This document shows, piece by piece, positions 15,722 to 26,295 of a stretch of 32,000 bases of DNA (the stretch's first letter is position 1; each line of letters opens with the position of its first letter). The notes below the pieces were generated by a model. That model ran no database searches, was not told where the DNA came from, and worked only from the letters and a program-made list of their open reading frames with translations. This DNA is from Candidatus Nanosynbacter lyticus (GTDB taxonomy: Bacteria > Patescibacteriota > Saccharimonadia > Saccharimonadales > Saccharimonadaceae). The stretch lies in the NCBI RefSeq assembly GCF_000803625.1, contig NZ_CP007496.1, forward strand, positions 390,001 through 422,000, read 5' to 3'. A program made the position numbers and the translations under genes.

Positions 15722-17545
15722 ATGAAGGACGCTAGCAAGATTCGAAACATTGCCATTATTGCCCACGTCGACCACGGCAAAACGACCATGGTTGACGGGC
15801 TATTAAAGCAGTCGCGAACATTCCGCGACAACCAAGCCGAGATGAGCCAGGAATTGATTATGGATTCCGGCGATCAAGAGCACGAGCGCGGCATCACCAT
15901 TACCGCCAAACAAACGTCAATTTTTTACGGCGACTACAAAATAAACATCATTGATACGCCAGGACACGCCGATTTCTCTGGCGAAGTTGAGCGAACCCTG
16001 AATATGGCTGACGGCGTTCTGCTGATCGTGGACGCACAGGAAGGGCCGATGCCGCAGACGAAGTTCGTGTTGAGTAAGGCTTTGGAATTGGGGCTAAAAC
16101 CAGTGGTGGTGATCAATAAGATTGACAAGCCAGCCAGGCGAATTGCCGAAGTCGAGGATGAACTAAGCGATCTGTTTTTGGAGTTAGCGACTGATGATAG
16201 TCAGCTGCATTATCCGATTTATTATGCTATCGGGCGCGATGGTAAAGCGTGGCGGGAAATTCCTACCGACCCGAGCAACAACGCTGATCTCACGCCAATT
16301 TTTGAGGCGATTATCAATGATATCCCGGCACCGAGCGTCACGGCTGACGGCGGGTTTCAGATGTTGGTAACCAGTTTGCAGTACGACACCTTTCAGGGTA
16401 AATATGCCATTGGGCGGATCGCTCGCGGGTCGGTTAAGCGCGGTCTGGCGGTTAGCCTGATGAAACAGGGCGAAGTGTCAGGTTCAGCGCGAATTGAGAA
16501 AGTTTTTGGTTACCGCGGACTGAACCGCGAAGAGCTTGACGAGGCGTTTGCTGGCGACATTGTGGCGTTGGTCGGCGTCAGTGAAGCACACATTGGCGAT
16601 ACGATTGCCGACAAAGAACAGCCTGAAGCCCTGCCGGCGATTGCCATTGAAGCGCCGACATTGAGCATGTATCTCGGCCCAAATACCAGCCCGATGAAAG
16701 GGCGCGAGGGTGAATTTACCACCTCGCGGCAAATTGGCGACCGATTGCGGCGAGAGCTGGAGACCAACGTGGCTCTGCGCGTCGAAGAAAACGGCATCGG
16801 CTTTACGGTGTCTGGCCGCGGCGAACTGCACCTCAGCGTCTTGATCGAGACCATGCGGCGTGAAGGCTTTGAATTTGAAGTCGGCCGCCCGCAAGTGGTC
16901 ACCATCACCGAGGACGGCGTCGAAAAAGAGCCAATTGAAGAATTACAAATCGAAATTAGCAGCGAATTCATCGGCGCGATCAGCCAAGAATTGGGTGCGC
17001 GCCATGCTGAAATGAAGTCGCAAGAAACCACCGCCAGCGGCGCTACTCGCATCACCTACGTGCTGCCGACGAGAGCGTTGATCGGCCTGCGAAACGTACT
17101 GTTGACCGCCACCAAAGGCACGGTGATCATGAATTCCCTGCCGTGCGGCTATCAACCGCTGGGCGGCAAATTGCCAAAGACCCGCGGCGGCGTACTCATC
17201 GCTTTTGAAGCCGGCACGACAACGCCGTATGCTCTGCAGGCGGCCGAGGCACGCGGCGAACTCTTGGTCGGGCCTGGCACGGAAGTCTACGCCGGTATGA
17301 TCGTCGGTATTTATAATCGCCAAGAAGACATCGAAATTAACGTCTGTAAGGCTAAGCACCTGACCAACATGCGCTCCAAATCGTCCGATGGCACGGTGCA
17401 GCTAACGCCATTTACACAGTTCAGCCTAGAGCAATGTATCGACTTTATCGAGGATGACGAGCTTTTGGAAGTTACGCCAAAGTCATTACGACTTCGCAAG
17501 CGATATCTGGACGCAAACGAGCGAAAACGCGCTGCGAAACAATAG
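15722..17545 (+). CDS. typA: Ribosome-associated GTPase TypA/BipA
   Basis: [63 protein letters not shown]. Confidence 0.97.
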   Translation: MKDASKIRNIAIIAHVDHGKTTMVDGLLKQSRTFRDNQAEMSQELIMDSGDQEHERGITITAKQTSIFYGDYKINIIDTPGHADFSGEVERTLNMADGVLLIVDAQEGPMPQTKFVLSKALELGLKPVVVINKIDKPARRIAEVEDELSDLFLELATDDSQLHYPIYYAIGRDGKAWREIPTDPSNNADLTPIFEAIINDIPAPSVTADGGFQMLVTSLQYDTFQGKYAIGRIARGSVKRGLAVSLMKQGEVSGSARIEKVFGYRGLNREELDEAFAGDIVALVGVSEAHIGDTIADKEQPEALPAIAIEAPTLSMYLGPNTSPMKGREGEFTTSRQIGDRLRRELETNVALRVEENGIGFTVSGRGELHLSVLIETMRREGFEFEVGRPQVVTITEDGVEKEPIEELQIEISSEFIGAISQELGARHAEMKSQETTASGATRITYVLPTRALIGLRNVLLTATKGTVIMNSLPCGYQPLGGKLPKTRGGVLIAFEAGTTTPYALQAAEARGELLVGPGTEVYAGMIVGIYNRQEDIEINVCKAKHLTNMRSKSSDGTVQLTPFTQFSLEQCIDFIEDDELLEVTPKSLRLRKRYLDANERKRAAKQ

Positions 17546-17607
17546 TCGTGTAAACCACAAAATAACCGCCCCGTAATGGAGCGGCTATTTTTATAATTGT
17601 GAGCTAA

Positions 17608-18177
17608 TTAATTGACAAGTGTTTCTTTAACCCTACGTGACACAAAGAAGTATAGAATAACCAGACCTTCCAGTATCAACATAGTAATGATTCCCGCAAT
17701 TAGCGTTGGAGTATCCTCGCCCGATTTCCCAGATGCGTGTAAGGCAATCATACTTGCGGTGTTGTTTATCCCAGCCGTAATAAGCGTAGCTACCGCCAAC
17801 CACTTACCAAGACGCTTTTGCATAGCTATAAACACAACAGCACAGATCGACAAAACTGCTAGTATCGGTGAGAATATCAAAGAAATAATATTCTCAGGCT
17901 GACTAAGATTCATTATAGCATTGAAAAACATTCCTATATTACCAATGCCACCAATAACAAAACAAACCACAAAGAACATTAGCCATCCCTTAACGCCCTT
18001 TAGCGATTCTGCCATAACAACATATTGCACTGGAGCTGCTTGTGGCTGAGCAAAATATTGCTGGTTAACTGGTTGCTGCTCGTACGGGGTGTTTTGAGAT
18101 TGTGGCACTGGGCCATATTGTGCATTTGGATCTGGCTGTGGCGCATACTGTGGCTGCTGAGGTTCTTGTTTTGGCAT
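17608..18177 (-). CDS. Pro/Gln-rich N-terminus, four-TM-type membrane protein, 189 aa
   Basis: KGVKGWLMFFVVCFVIGGIGNIGMF... hydrophobic segments; GGAG SD. Confidence 0.7.
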   Translation of the reverse strand: MPKQEPQQPQYAPQPDPNAQYGPVPQSQNTPYEQQPVNQQYFAQPQAAPVQYVVMAESLKGVKGWLMFFVVCFVIGGIGNIGMFFNAIMNLSQPENIISLIFSPILAVLSICAVVFIAMQKRLGKWLAVATLITAGINNTASMIALHASGKSGEDTPTLIAGIITMLILEGLVILYFFVSRRVKETLVN

Positions 18178-18214
18178 ATTATTTTCTCCTATTAAAGAAA
18201 TATTAATACGCTAA

Positions 18215-19381
18215 TTATAACACATCCTTAATTTCTTCCGGTAAAAATCCTTTTTTATGTTTAAAACCAGCTTGCCATTTGTAGTCTTTGGTATAGCCTA
18301 GATCTTTCATCAGGTTGGTGGCAGCGTTGCGAAGATGGAGCGGTACGGGTGAATTGGGATATTTGCGCGCCAGAGAAAAGGCATCGTTCATCGCATCAGT
18401 GGTCTCACGCGACTTTTGACTGCGAGCCAGAGCGATAGCACAGTGAAATAGATTGTATTTGGCCTCAGGCAGGCCAACGCGCTCAACTGCCTCAAACGTA
18501 GCGACCGCTAGGCTCAGCGCACCATTGCCAGCCAACCCAATGTCTTCTGACGCAAAGATCACCATCCGCCGTGCGATGAACTTCGGGTCTTCGCCAGCGT
18601 CAATCATCCGCGCCAAATAATACGCCGCAGCCACCGAATCACTACCGCGCAGCGACTTGATGAACGCTGAGATGACGTCATAATGTGTATCGCCTTTTTT
18701 GTCATAGCCCGGCAAACGCCGCTGGGCCGCTGCTTTGACGACCTCCGGCGTGACTTTGCCGCCAAAACTCAGTGCCAATTCCAAATTACCCAAGGCCACC
18801 CGCGCGTCACCGTCCGCTAATTCCGCTAAATAATCCAGGACTTTGGGCGGCACTCGCTTGGTTTGTTTCAAAACCTTCAATGCCCGCTTCAACACTAGTA
18901 CAATTTCATCTTTGGTCAGTTGCTGCAGCACCAGCACTCGCGCCCGACTGAGCAGTGGCGTGATCACCTCAAAACTCGGATTCTCGGTGGTCGCACCAAT
19001 CAAGGTGATCAGCCCACTCTCAACATACGGTAAAAAGGCGTCCTGCTGCGCCTTATTAAAGCGGTGGATTTCATCAACGAACAGAATCGTCCTGAGGTTA
19101 AAGTTCCAATTTTGCCTGGCGTGTTCAATCACCTTTTCGACATCTTTTTTACCACTAGTCACCGCCGACAGCTCGACGAACTCTGCATTAACCTCACGAG
19201 CGATAATTCGCGCCAACGTCGTCTTACCCGTGCCTGGCGGCCCCCACAAAATCAAGCTGACCGGCTCAGCGCGCCTCACAATCTGACGGAGCAATTCACC
19301 CTCACCCAACAGATGGCTCTGCCCAATCACCTCGTCCAGATTTTGCGGCCGCATCTGCTCGGCCAACGGTATTCGTCCCAT
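18215..19381 (-). CDS. rarA: Replication-associated recombination protein A (AAA+ ATPase)
   Basis: LAEQMRPQNLDEVIGQSHLLG, LWGPPGTGKTTLARIIA, FVDEIHRFNKAQQDAFLPYVE, GATTENPSFE. Confidence 0.97.
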   Translation of the reverse strand: MGRIPLAEQMRPQNLDEVIGQSHLLGEGELLRQIVRRAEPVSLILWGPPGTGKTTLARIIAREVNAEFVELSAVTSGKKDVEKVIEHARQNWNFNLRTILFVDEIHRFNKAQQDAFLPYVESGLITLIGATTENPSFEVITPLLSRARVLVLQQLTKDEIVLVLKRALKVLKQTKRVPPKVLDYLAELADGDARVALGNLELALSFGGKVTPEVVKAAAQRRLPGYDKKGDTHYDVISAFIKSLRGSDSVAAAYYLARMIDAGEDPKFIARRMVIFASEDIGLAGNGALSLAVATFEAVERVGLPEAKYNLFHCAIALARSQKSRETTDAMNDAFSLARKYPNSPVPLHLRNAATNLMKDLGYTKDYKWQAGFKHKKGFLPEEIKDVL

Positions 19382-19470
19382 GCTCTTATTATACGAATAA
19401 ATTTAGTTACTCATCAAGTCGCAACTGCGCAGAATATGCTAGAATAACATTATATAAACAGGAGGAATTT

Positions 19471-20214
19471 ATGGAAATATCAATAGCAATTTTAGTCATC
19501 TTGACTATTTTTGTACTGAGCGGCATTAAAATCGTCAATCAATACCAGCGCGGCGTGGTGCTGACGCTCGGTAAGTTTACTGGCGTACGCGAACCAGGAC
19601 TTCGAGTGGTCGTACCAATTTTCCAAACGATGATGCTGGTCGACGTGCGTTCGACACCGATTGACGTACCGAAACAAGAAGTTATCACCAAGGACAATGT
19701 CACCGTCGGCGTTGACGCGGTGGTATATTTCCGAGTGATTAACGCGCCAAAGGCGGTGCTTGAGACGACCAATTATATTTATGCCACCAGCCAATTTGCC
19801 CAGGCGGCTTTGCGAGATGTCACTGGTAATGTCGACATGGACGACCTGCTCGCCAAGCGTGAAGAGATTTCGCAGCAGATCAAGGAAATTGTCGATGCCG
19901 AAACTGACAAATGGGGTATTGACGTTGAGAATGTCAAAATCCAGAACATTGAACTGCCTGGTGACATGAAGCGAGCCATGGCCAAGCAAGCCGAAGCTGA
20001 GCGTGAACGCCGTGCCAATATTATCAACGCCGATGGCGAAAAAGCTGCCGCCGAAACGCTGGCACAAGCGGCGGAGATCCTGGCAAAAACCCAAGGCGCC
20101 ATTAATCTGCGTACACTGAACACACTGGAGCGAATCTCGACCGAGCCAAGTCAAAAGACTATGATGCTCTTCCCAATTGAACTGATCGATGCTATTCGGG
20201 GCGGCAAGAAATAA
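19471..20214 (+). CDS. SPFH/band 7 (stomatin-like) protein
   Basis: VNQYQRGVVLTLGKFTGVREPGLRVVVPIF...VDVRSTPIDVPKQEVITKDNVTVGVDAVVYFRV; AGGAGG SD. Confidence 0.93.
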   Translation: MEISIAILVILTIFVLSGIKIVNQYQRGVVLTLGKFTGVREPGLRVVVPIFQTMMLVDVRSTPIDVPKQEVITKDNVTVGVDAVVYFRVINAPKAVLETTNYIYATSQFAQAALRDVTGNVDMDDLLAKREEISQQIKEIVDAETDKWGIDVENVKIQNIELPGDMKRAMAKQAEAERERRANIINADGEKAAAETLAQAAEILAKTQGAINLRTLNTLERISTEPSQKTMMLFPIELIDAIRGGKK

Positions 20215-20230
20215 TAACGAGCCATAAAAA

Positions 20231-20262
20231 TAAGCACTCCGTAAACTGGCGGGGTGCTTTTA
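20231..20262. terminator. Bidirectional terminator-like hairpin
   Basis: AAGCACTCCG ... GGGGTGCTTTT between the SPFH gene and tRNA-Gly. Confidence 0.6.
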
Positions 20263-20272
20263 TAATTTCTGG

Positions 20273-20344
20273 TGCGGGTGGGGAGAGTCGAACTCCCGTC
20301 TCAACCTTGGGAAGGTCACATAATAGCCGTTATACGACACCCGC
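20273..20344 (-). tRNA. tRNA-Gly(CCC)
   Basis: GCGGGTGTCGTATAACGGCTATTATGTGACCTTCCCAAGGTT...GGGAGTTCGACTCTCCCCACCCGCA + CCA (20272..20270). Confidence 0.88.
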
Positions 20345-20416
20345 GTGTTCTCATTTTATCACGCTTGCACAGTGCGGGCAATCTGTAGTATAATTGGCGG
20401 TAGCAATCACCCATGT

Positions 20417-20489
20417 GGCTCTTTAGCTCAGTTGGTAGAGCAGAGGCCTGAAGAGCCTTGTGTCCCCAGTTCAAGTCTGGGAGGAGCCA
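20417..20489 (+). tRNA. tRNA-Phe(GAA)
   Basis: GGCTCTTTAGCTCAGTTGGTAGAGCAGAGGCCTGAAGAGCCTTG...CCCCAGTTCAAGTCTGGGAGGAGCCA + CCA. Confidence 0.93.
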
Positions 20490-20542
20490 CCAAGTATTGC
20501 AATCATCCAGCGATTTTGCTAAAATAATCTCTGGAACCGCAT

Positions 20543-20615
20543 GCGGGTTTAGCTCAGTTGTTAGAGCGCTTCCTTGCCATGGAAGAGGCCAGGAGTTAGA
20601 GTCTCCTAACCCGCA
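20543..20615 (+). tRNA. tRNA-Gly(GCC)
   Basis: GCGGGTTTAGCTCAGTTGTTAGAGCGCTTCCTTGCCATGGAAG...AGGAGTTAGAGTCTCCTAACCCGCA + CCA. Confidence 0.92.
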
Positions 20616-20627
20616 CCAATTTTGAAT

Positions 20628-20652
20628 ATCGAGCTTTTAGGCTCGGTTTTTT
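20628..20652 (+). terminator. Intrinsic terminator after tRNA-Gly(GCC)
   Basis: CGAGC TTTTAG GCTCG GTTTTTT. Confidence 0.85.
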
Positions 20653-20725
20653 AATAATATTCTAATAAATCAGCTCGTGGTCCAGTTATTTATTTGGCGG
20701 ATAATTATTTATTAGCCTTCGGAAA

Positions 20726-22819
20726 TCAGGTTTTCTTACCGTAAAACTTTAGAGCTTTATCCATACGCCTTGAGTGCATCCATGGATCATCATCAAACAT
20801 TACATACTGTATATTACCTGAATTATCCGCACCCAATGCTAACCAGTATCCAGCCCTAGCCCTATACTTATTCATAGTAGCTATTATTTGCAATCTAGGA
20901 ATAACGTCTCGCCCTGAGCTACCGCTCATATAAGTTACACCTCCCCAGGGCTGCTCATTATTTGTGATCTGCAATGAAAAATCGTGTAATTTACCCTTAT
21001 CCTTCTTGGCTTGAGAGTTAACCATATTTATATATTTCATTATATCGTCTACAATCTCCTGGGGTATCGTCATCAGAAAGAAAACAATATCAGTTACTGA
21101 AGGATCATCCATCTGTTTGATGGTGTTGACCAGTTTCTTGAAGTCCTTGTTCTGCCAAGGATTAAATAAAGCATCTTCCTTTTTAGGTTTTGGTGTACAC
21201 ATCTTCTTGTGATAGTAGTCTGCATCGATAAGTTGACCAAAAGATTGGTCTAATACAAGCATGTCAGAGTTTCCAGGCATAAATAGTCCGCATCTCAGAT
21301 GATATGCAAGATGGATGATCTCATTTGATGATATTATACCTTCATGATTTTCAAGACGTTGTTTAATATAAAAAGTAAACTCATATGGGTCTTTGAAATA
21401 TTCAGCCATTAAGTCGAGATCAAACAGGCTTAGCTGCATTGGTGGTAATTGATCAACATCCACCAAAAATACACGCATCTGATCCATTACTGCTGGATAC
21501 GGCTCATTTGATACACACAATATATACGCGTGCTTTATGTTTTCTGGTGGCGTAATTTGCTTACCTGATTTATCAATTAACTTGTAAGACTCATTACCCA
21601 GAAGCACATCACGGACTTTTATACCTTGCTCATATGGGTCGATAACTGCCTTCTGAAAATCGGATTTAATAGCATCAACATCACCGTTGAGTGCGGCAGC
21701 TGTCATTTTTTTGCTTTTATTCTGGGCGATGATGACTGTATTGCCGATAATTCCCATAACATCAATATCGGTCAATTCTTTCTTTCCTTTAGTAATCTTT
21801 ACAGCTTTATATGTATTTGCCTCACCAAAAATAACTTTGAAATAATCATAGGTTATGTCTTCGGCCACTTCTCCAATATGTTTATTAACAGTATTGGCAT
21901 ACTGCTCATCCTGACGCATCCAGTACAAAGGACTTTTATATATAGCCGATGCTAGTGCCATCGTGTTCGGGAAAAAGTAGATGTCGCTGCCTAGGTTAAT
22001 AATCGGCTTGTAGGTGAATATATTTTCATCACCAGGCTCGTTGAAGGTCTCCGGCTGGTCGCCAAACGAACAACTAAATAGTTCAAGAAACGCCCGAATA
22101 TCTTCTTTTGTAATACTTTTTTCTGTAGTCTGTATGGTCTCAACAATAAGATCAAAAGGAAATGCCATTTCATCTATCGCACGTAATGACTTTACTTTTT
22201 CACCAGTAAGCGTTGAGCGGGCAAAATGCACACCATTGAGCATACTCTTCAGGGCAAAGAATATACTTTTTGACTTTACAATATTAAACTTCGTATTGCT
22301 CTTAATCCAATCTTCGTCCCGAGCGTATAGCTTTTGTGCCATCTCAAATGGCTGTACGTCGTAAAAACCCGTATCACCATAAAAAGTGGTTTCTATAATC
22401 ATTTCTTTACTACCAAAGATTTTTCGAAATTCTTTCTCTTTCTCTTCATCGCTCATAGTTTTAATTTGTTCTGGCGTATGTTTCATCATAGCTTTGCTAA
22501 AATCATACATATAGGTACAATGAAGCTCATCTAGCAGTGATCTGGTACGCTTGACCGTCTTCTCGATTTGATGTTTACTAATATTATCGAAACTAACAGC
22601 CTTATTTTTGAGCATTAGCCCCATAAGAAGAGCCACCTCGTTGACGTGTAGTTTCTCCCGCCAGTTCACATTGGCTGCATCATGTATGTCTATAAAGAAA
22701 TCTCGTGAAATAATTTCCGCAAAAGCAAATATATAGCCTTTCATTGCTACGAGCAACTTAATGTCGGATATAATTTTTTCTCGTGAACGTTTTCCTAATA
22801 CCTTTTTACTGTTTTTCAT
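20726..22819 (-). CDS. Hypothetical protein, 697 aa, possible PD-(D/E)XK-like nuclease core
   Basis: HIGEVAEDITYDYFKVIFG...KKELTDIDVMGIIGNTVIIAQNKSKKMT: an E...D-x-D...QxK pattern compatible with that fold; N-terminal region unassigned. Confidence 0.6.
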   Translation of the reverse strand: MKNSKKVLGKRSREKIISDIKLLVAMKGYIFAFAEIISRDFFIDIHDAANVNWREKLHVNEVALLMGLMLKNKAVSFDNISKHQIEKTVKRTRSLLDELHCTYMYDFSKAMMKHTPEQIKTMSDEEKEKEFRKIFGSKEMIIETTFYGDTGFYDVQPFEMAQKLYARDEDWIKSNTKFNIVKSKSIFFALKSMLNGVHFARSTLTGEKVKSLRAIDEMAFPFDLIVETIQTTEKSITKEDIRAFLELFSCSFGDQPETFNEPGDENIFTYKPIINLGSDIYFFPNTMALASAIYKSPLYWMRQDEQYANTVNKHIGEVAEDITYDYFKVIFGEANTYKAVKITKGKKELTDIDVMGIIGNTVIIAQNKSKKMTAAALNGDVDAIKSDFQKAVIDPYEQGIKVRDVLLGNESYKLIDKSGKQITPPENIKHAYILCVSNEPYPAVMDQMRVFLVDVDQLPPMQLSLFDLDLMAEYFKDPYEFTFYIKQRLENHEGIISSNEIIHLAYHLRCGLFMPGNSDMLVLDQSFGQLIDADYYHKKMCTPKPKKEDALFNPWQNKDFKKLVNTIKQMDDPSVTDIVFFLMTIPQEIVDDIMKYINMVNSQAKKDKGKLHDFSLQITNNEQPWGGVTYMSGSSGRDVIPRLQIIATMNKYRARAGYWLALGADNSGNIQYVMFDDDPWMHSRRMDKALKFYGKKT

Positions 22820-22981
22820 AAGCTTATTATACTCACAAGAATTATCTACGCAATAATATGAAATATATATAGTGAAGATAGAGTGACTTTATTAATCGTA
22901 AAGCAGTCTTATATACGCACCTTAGTTTCCGTGCCGAGTCTTGGCCTAGAAAAAATACACTAACTCGCCTATACTTATCTC

Positions 22982-24565
22982 ATGAAAACCTGGCAAAATG
23001 TCGCTTCGCTATACCAAATTTATCCGCGCAGTTTTCAAGACCTTAATGGCGACGGAGTTGGTGATTTAAATGGCATCACTTTCCGGTTGGATTATCTGAG
23101 TGATTTGGGTGTTGATGCGATCTGGATTTCGCCGTTTTTTACCTCACCGATGACTGATTTTGGATATGACGTGGCGGATTATCAAAATGTTGATCCAATT
23201 TTTGGCGGTTTAGATGATTTTCGTATGTTGCTGGACGAAGCGCACGCACGACGTATCAAGGTGATGATTGACCTGGTGCCATGCCATACGTCCGACCAAC
23301 ATCCGTGGTTTGTTGAGTCGCGTTCTAGTCGAGACAACCCCAAGCGCAATTGGTATGTGTGGCGCGATAAGCACAATGGCAAGGAGCCGAACAATTGGCG
23401 CAGCTTGTCCGGGGGGCGAGCGTGGACGTATGATGAGACTACTAGACAATATTATTTGCATTCGTTTTTACCAACCCAGCCTGATCTCAATTGGGATAAT
23501 CCTGAAGTGCGCCAAGCTATGCAAAATGTGGTGCGATTTTGGTTTGATATGGGCGTGGACGGCATGCGGGTTGACGCGATTTGGGGCATTTCTAAAGATC
23601 CAGAGCTAGGTGACGATTCAGTAAATTCCAATTTTTATGGCGACCCCGACAGCTACGGCGCATTCGTACATGACCATTGTAAACATGGGCCACATTTTCG
23701 GGAATATCTACATGAGTTGGCCAGTGTTTGTGATGAATATGACGACCGACAGATGGTGTTTGAGTTTTATCCGGACGAACAATTGGGTGATATTTGGCCG
23801 CAGTATCGTGAAGTTATTCAGGCGCATCCAAAAAGTTCGACATTTTTCATGGAACATCGGCAAAATGATTGGCATGGCGAGCGTACGGGCTGGAATATTG
23901 TCAATTATTTGCAAGCCTGTGGCGATAACTTGCCGTTTTTCTGTGTTGGTAATCACGATCAGCCGCGCGTTAGGTCACGCTTAGGCTTTGAACGGGCGCG
24001 AGCGTTGCAGTTTCTCAATCTGCTTTGCCCTGGCGTGAGTGTTATTTACTATGGTGACGAGATTGGCATGGAAAATGGTCAGCTGACTGATGCGGATATT
24101 CGTGATAATTTTAGCCCAAATCATACCCCAGTTGATAGCCGCGACTTGGAGCGCACGCCAATGCAATGGGATGATACTCGGTTCGCTGGGTTCTCAGAAG
24201 TAAAACCGTGGCTACCAGTGAATAAAAATCGCACATTTATTAACGTCACTGAAGAGAAAAAGAATGTCTATTCTATACTTAATTTACATAGAAATTTACT
24301 GCAGCTACGCAAAGATATGCCCATTTTTAGAGACGGTTCTCTAGAAATTATTCATAGCACCGGTAATGGATTTATCCTTGGTATAAAACGCGAGCTGGAA
24401 ACTGAGCGGGCTTATATCTTCATCAATTTCGCTGACGCACCGCAGAGTTTTTTCATTCCAGAAGACGCCGAAATCATCGCCTCAACCCATTCTCTAGATT
24501 TAATTTTCAAAGAAAAAAGCAACTTAACCATTCCTGGATATTGCGGAATTTTACTTATTAAATAA
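22982..24565 (+). CDS. GH13 alpha-glucosidase family protein
   Basis: YQIYPRSFQDLNGDGVGDLNGI, DGMRVDAIWG, FVGNHDQPR, YYGDEIGM, ERTPMQWDD motifs. Confidence 0.93.
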   Translation: MKTWQNVASLYQIYPRSFQDLNGDGVGDLNGITFRLDYLSDLGVDAIWISPFFTSPMTDFGYDVADYQNVDPIFGGLDDFRMLLDEAHARRIKVMIDLVPCHTSDQHPWFVESRSSRDNPKRNWYVWRDKHNGKEPNNWRSLSGGRAWTYDETTRQYYLHSFLPTQPDLNWDNPEVRQAMQNVVRFWFDMGVDGMRVDAIWGISKDPELGDDSVNSNFYGDPDSYGAFVHDHCKHGPHFREYLHELASVCDEYDDRQMVFEFYPDEQLGDIWPQYREVIQAHPKSSTFFMEHRQNDWHGERTGWNIVNYLQACGDNLPFFCVGNHDQPRVRSRLGFERARALQFLNLLCPGVSVIYYGDEIGMENGQLTDADIRDNFSPNHTPVDSRDLERTPMQWDDTRFAGFSEVKPWLPVNKNRTFINVTEEKKNVYSILNLHRNLLQLRKDMPIFRDGSLEIIHSTGNGFILGIKRELETERAYIFINFADAPQSFFIPEDAEIIASTHSLDLIFKEKSNLTIPGYCGILLIK

Positions 24566-24585
24566 GTAAATCTCTATGACATCCG

Positions 24586-24770
24586 CTAGAATAGCTCTCC
24601 CGTTTCTGGATTTATCTCTTCAAGAGGATAAACCCCTGCTGCTTCCATGGCTATACCGGCAAGATTTTCTCTAAGCTCCTGTGCCGCTAAAAATCTTCTA
24701 AATCTAGATAACAGTTTTCTTCAGCATCACCGTAGACTCTGCAGCCTGGATCATAATCAACATACGACAT
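24586..24770 (-). pseudogene. Frameshifted small gene or remnant
   Basis: MSYVDYDPGCRVYGDAEENCYLDLEDF* in one frame, overlapping a -1 frame ...LSRFRRFLAAQELRENLAGIAMEAAGVYPLEEINPETGELF*. Confidence 0.45.
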
Positions 24771-24936
24771 ATAGCTATTAGCACCTCTCTCTTTTTTATC
24801 TGTCTACGTTCTATTATACGGCAACTCTAAATATAGCGGTAGGGTTAATATAACAACACTATCAATCTAACAACTTATAGGGCTTTTACATTTAAAAATC
24901 CCGACATATCGCCGAGAAAATAAATATAATTAAGGA

Positions 24937-25482
24937 TTATTCCAATCGTAGGAATTTGGTGAGGTGCGCCTCCCCATAACTACGACTGTCCACCACAACA
25001 GTTTTGTCTTGAATTGGCACCTCACCTATTCCTGGATGTGATAATATCATAGTTCCACCAGGTTTGAGTAGCCCCATTAGTCGCGAAACTGTGGAAAACT
25101 GCGGATTGTGATACGGCGGATCGGCAAAAATAATATCAAACTCCCCTGTTACATCCGCAGTTTCCATCCAATTTGATATTGTTGTTTTTATTACAATAGA
25201 TTTTTCGTCGGCACCCAAACTGGTTATGTTTTTAGCAATGACGCGCTGCGCGACCCGGTCTCGTTCCACAAAAACCACCGACTCAGCGCCACGGCTGAGC
25301 GCCTCCAAACCAATGGCGCCAGAACCGGCAAAAGCATCCAACACCCGCGCGCCGCGGACTGTTTCGCCCAGCGAATTAAACATCGCTGAACGGACTCGTT
25401 CACCCATGGGATGTGTCGTTGAGCCTGGCGGCGTTTGGATAAATCGTCCACCAAATTCGCCAGCGATGATGCGTACTCTCAC
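24937..25482 (-). CDS. rsmD: 16S rRNA (guanine966-N2)-methyltransferase, RsmD family
   Basis: RIIAGEFGGRFIQTPPGSTTHPMGERVRSAMFNSLG...VLDAFAGSGAIGLEALSRGA...DIIFADPPY. Confidence 0.93.
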   Translation of the reverse strand: MRVRIIAGEFGGRFIQTPPGSTTHPMGERVRSAMFNSLGETVRGARVLDAFAGSGAIGLEALSRGAESVVFVERDRVAQRVIAKNITSLGADEKSIVIKTTISNWMETADVTGEFDIIFADPPYHNPQFSTVSRLMGLLKPGGTMILSHPGIGEVPIQDKTVVVDSRSYGEAHLTKFLRLE

Positions 25483-26294
25483 CGTTTGGCCTCAAGTTTC
25501 CAAACCGACGCTAGCCAGCCCAACATGACGGCTTTGATGATAATTGGCATCAGTTCATGATTGGTCTGCCACGCCAAGTCTGTCGTCCAGCCGTTTTTAC
25601 CAAAATTGTCATACATTTTTAGGTCGGCCACAGCGTGAACTTGCTCTAGATAATATTCTCGATAGCCTTGCTGCTTGACCTGCAAAATCTCAGCTTCACT
25701 AGGCACGGCGTCCTTGAAGCGCGGATAGGCCACTACGCTCGCCACGCCCGCTTCAAACGCTACGTGCATAGTCATCATGCCTTTAGCGCCCCAAAACTTC
25801 CAATTGTTTTTGATGAGCTCAATCCCCGTGTCGCCCTTCATGACGTTTTTCTTGAGGATGGATGTTCGCGTCTCCAGGCCTTCGCCACCGCGCAACTCTT
25901 GCATGGCGTGCTCCAGCGGAAAATGATGCGCCGGCGTCAGACCATCGGTGATGGCGTGCGCCATCCATGCCGCTTCAAACGCCGCTCGTTCAGAATTATG
26001 TTTTTGCAGCGCTTTCGCTAGATTATCAATATGCTGGTCAATCATTTCCAAAAGTGCCGTGTCATTCGGATCGTCTGGATTGATGAAATGCCACGGCTCG
26101 TCAACGGCTGGACTTTTGCGCTTGACGCCGTCAGGGCCGTTTTTGCCTTCAAAATGCAGAATGTCTTTGATATCAGGAAACTCACACCAATCAGGCAGCA
26201 TTGGCGTCAGATGTCGCCTGGCCACTCGATCTATCTTTTGATGAACACCGATAAATCGGCCAGAGCCATCTCTAATTGTTGTTCCTGCATACAT
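25479..26294 (-). CDS. Hypothetical protein with His-rich segment (possible zinc-dependent phospholipase C / S1-P1-like fold)
   Basis: AAWMAHAITDGLTPAHHFPLEHAM and other His/Asp positions; family call is tentative. Confidence 0.6.
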   Translation of the reverse strand: MYAGTTIRDGSGRFIGVHQKIDRVARRHLTPMLPDWCEFPDIKDILHFEGKNGPDGVKRKSPAVDEPWHFINPDDPNDTALLEMIDQHIDNLAKALQKHNSERAAFEAAWMAHAITDGLTPAHHFPLEHAMQELRGGEGLETRTSILKKNVMKGDTGIELIKNNWKFWGAKGMMTMHVAFEAGVASVVAYPRFKDAVPSEAEILQVKQQGYREYYLEQVHAVADLKMYDNFGKNGWTTDLAWQTNHELMPIIIKAVMLGWLASVWKLEAKR

Positions 26295-26295
26295 A

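Noticed and set aside
20543-22900. Island integrated at the 3' end of tRNA-Gly(GCC) carrying the 697-aa gene
   Set aside because: I found no duplicated tRNA 3' end or integrase downstream, so only an accessory-position hypothesis is kept.
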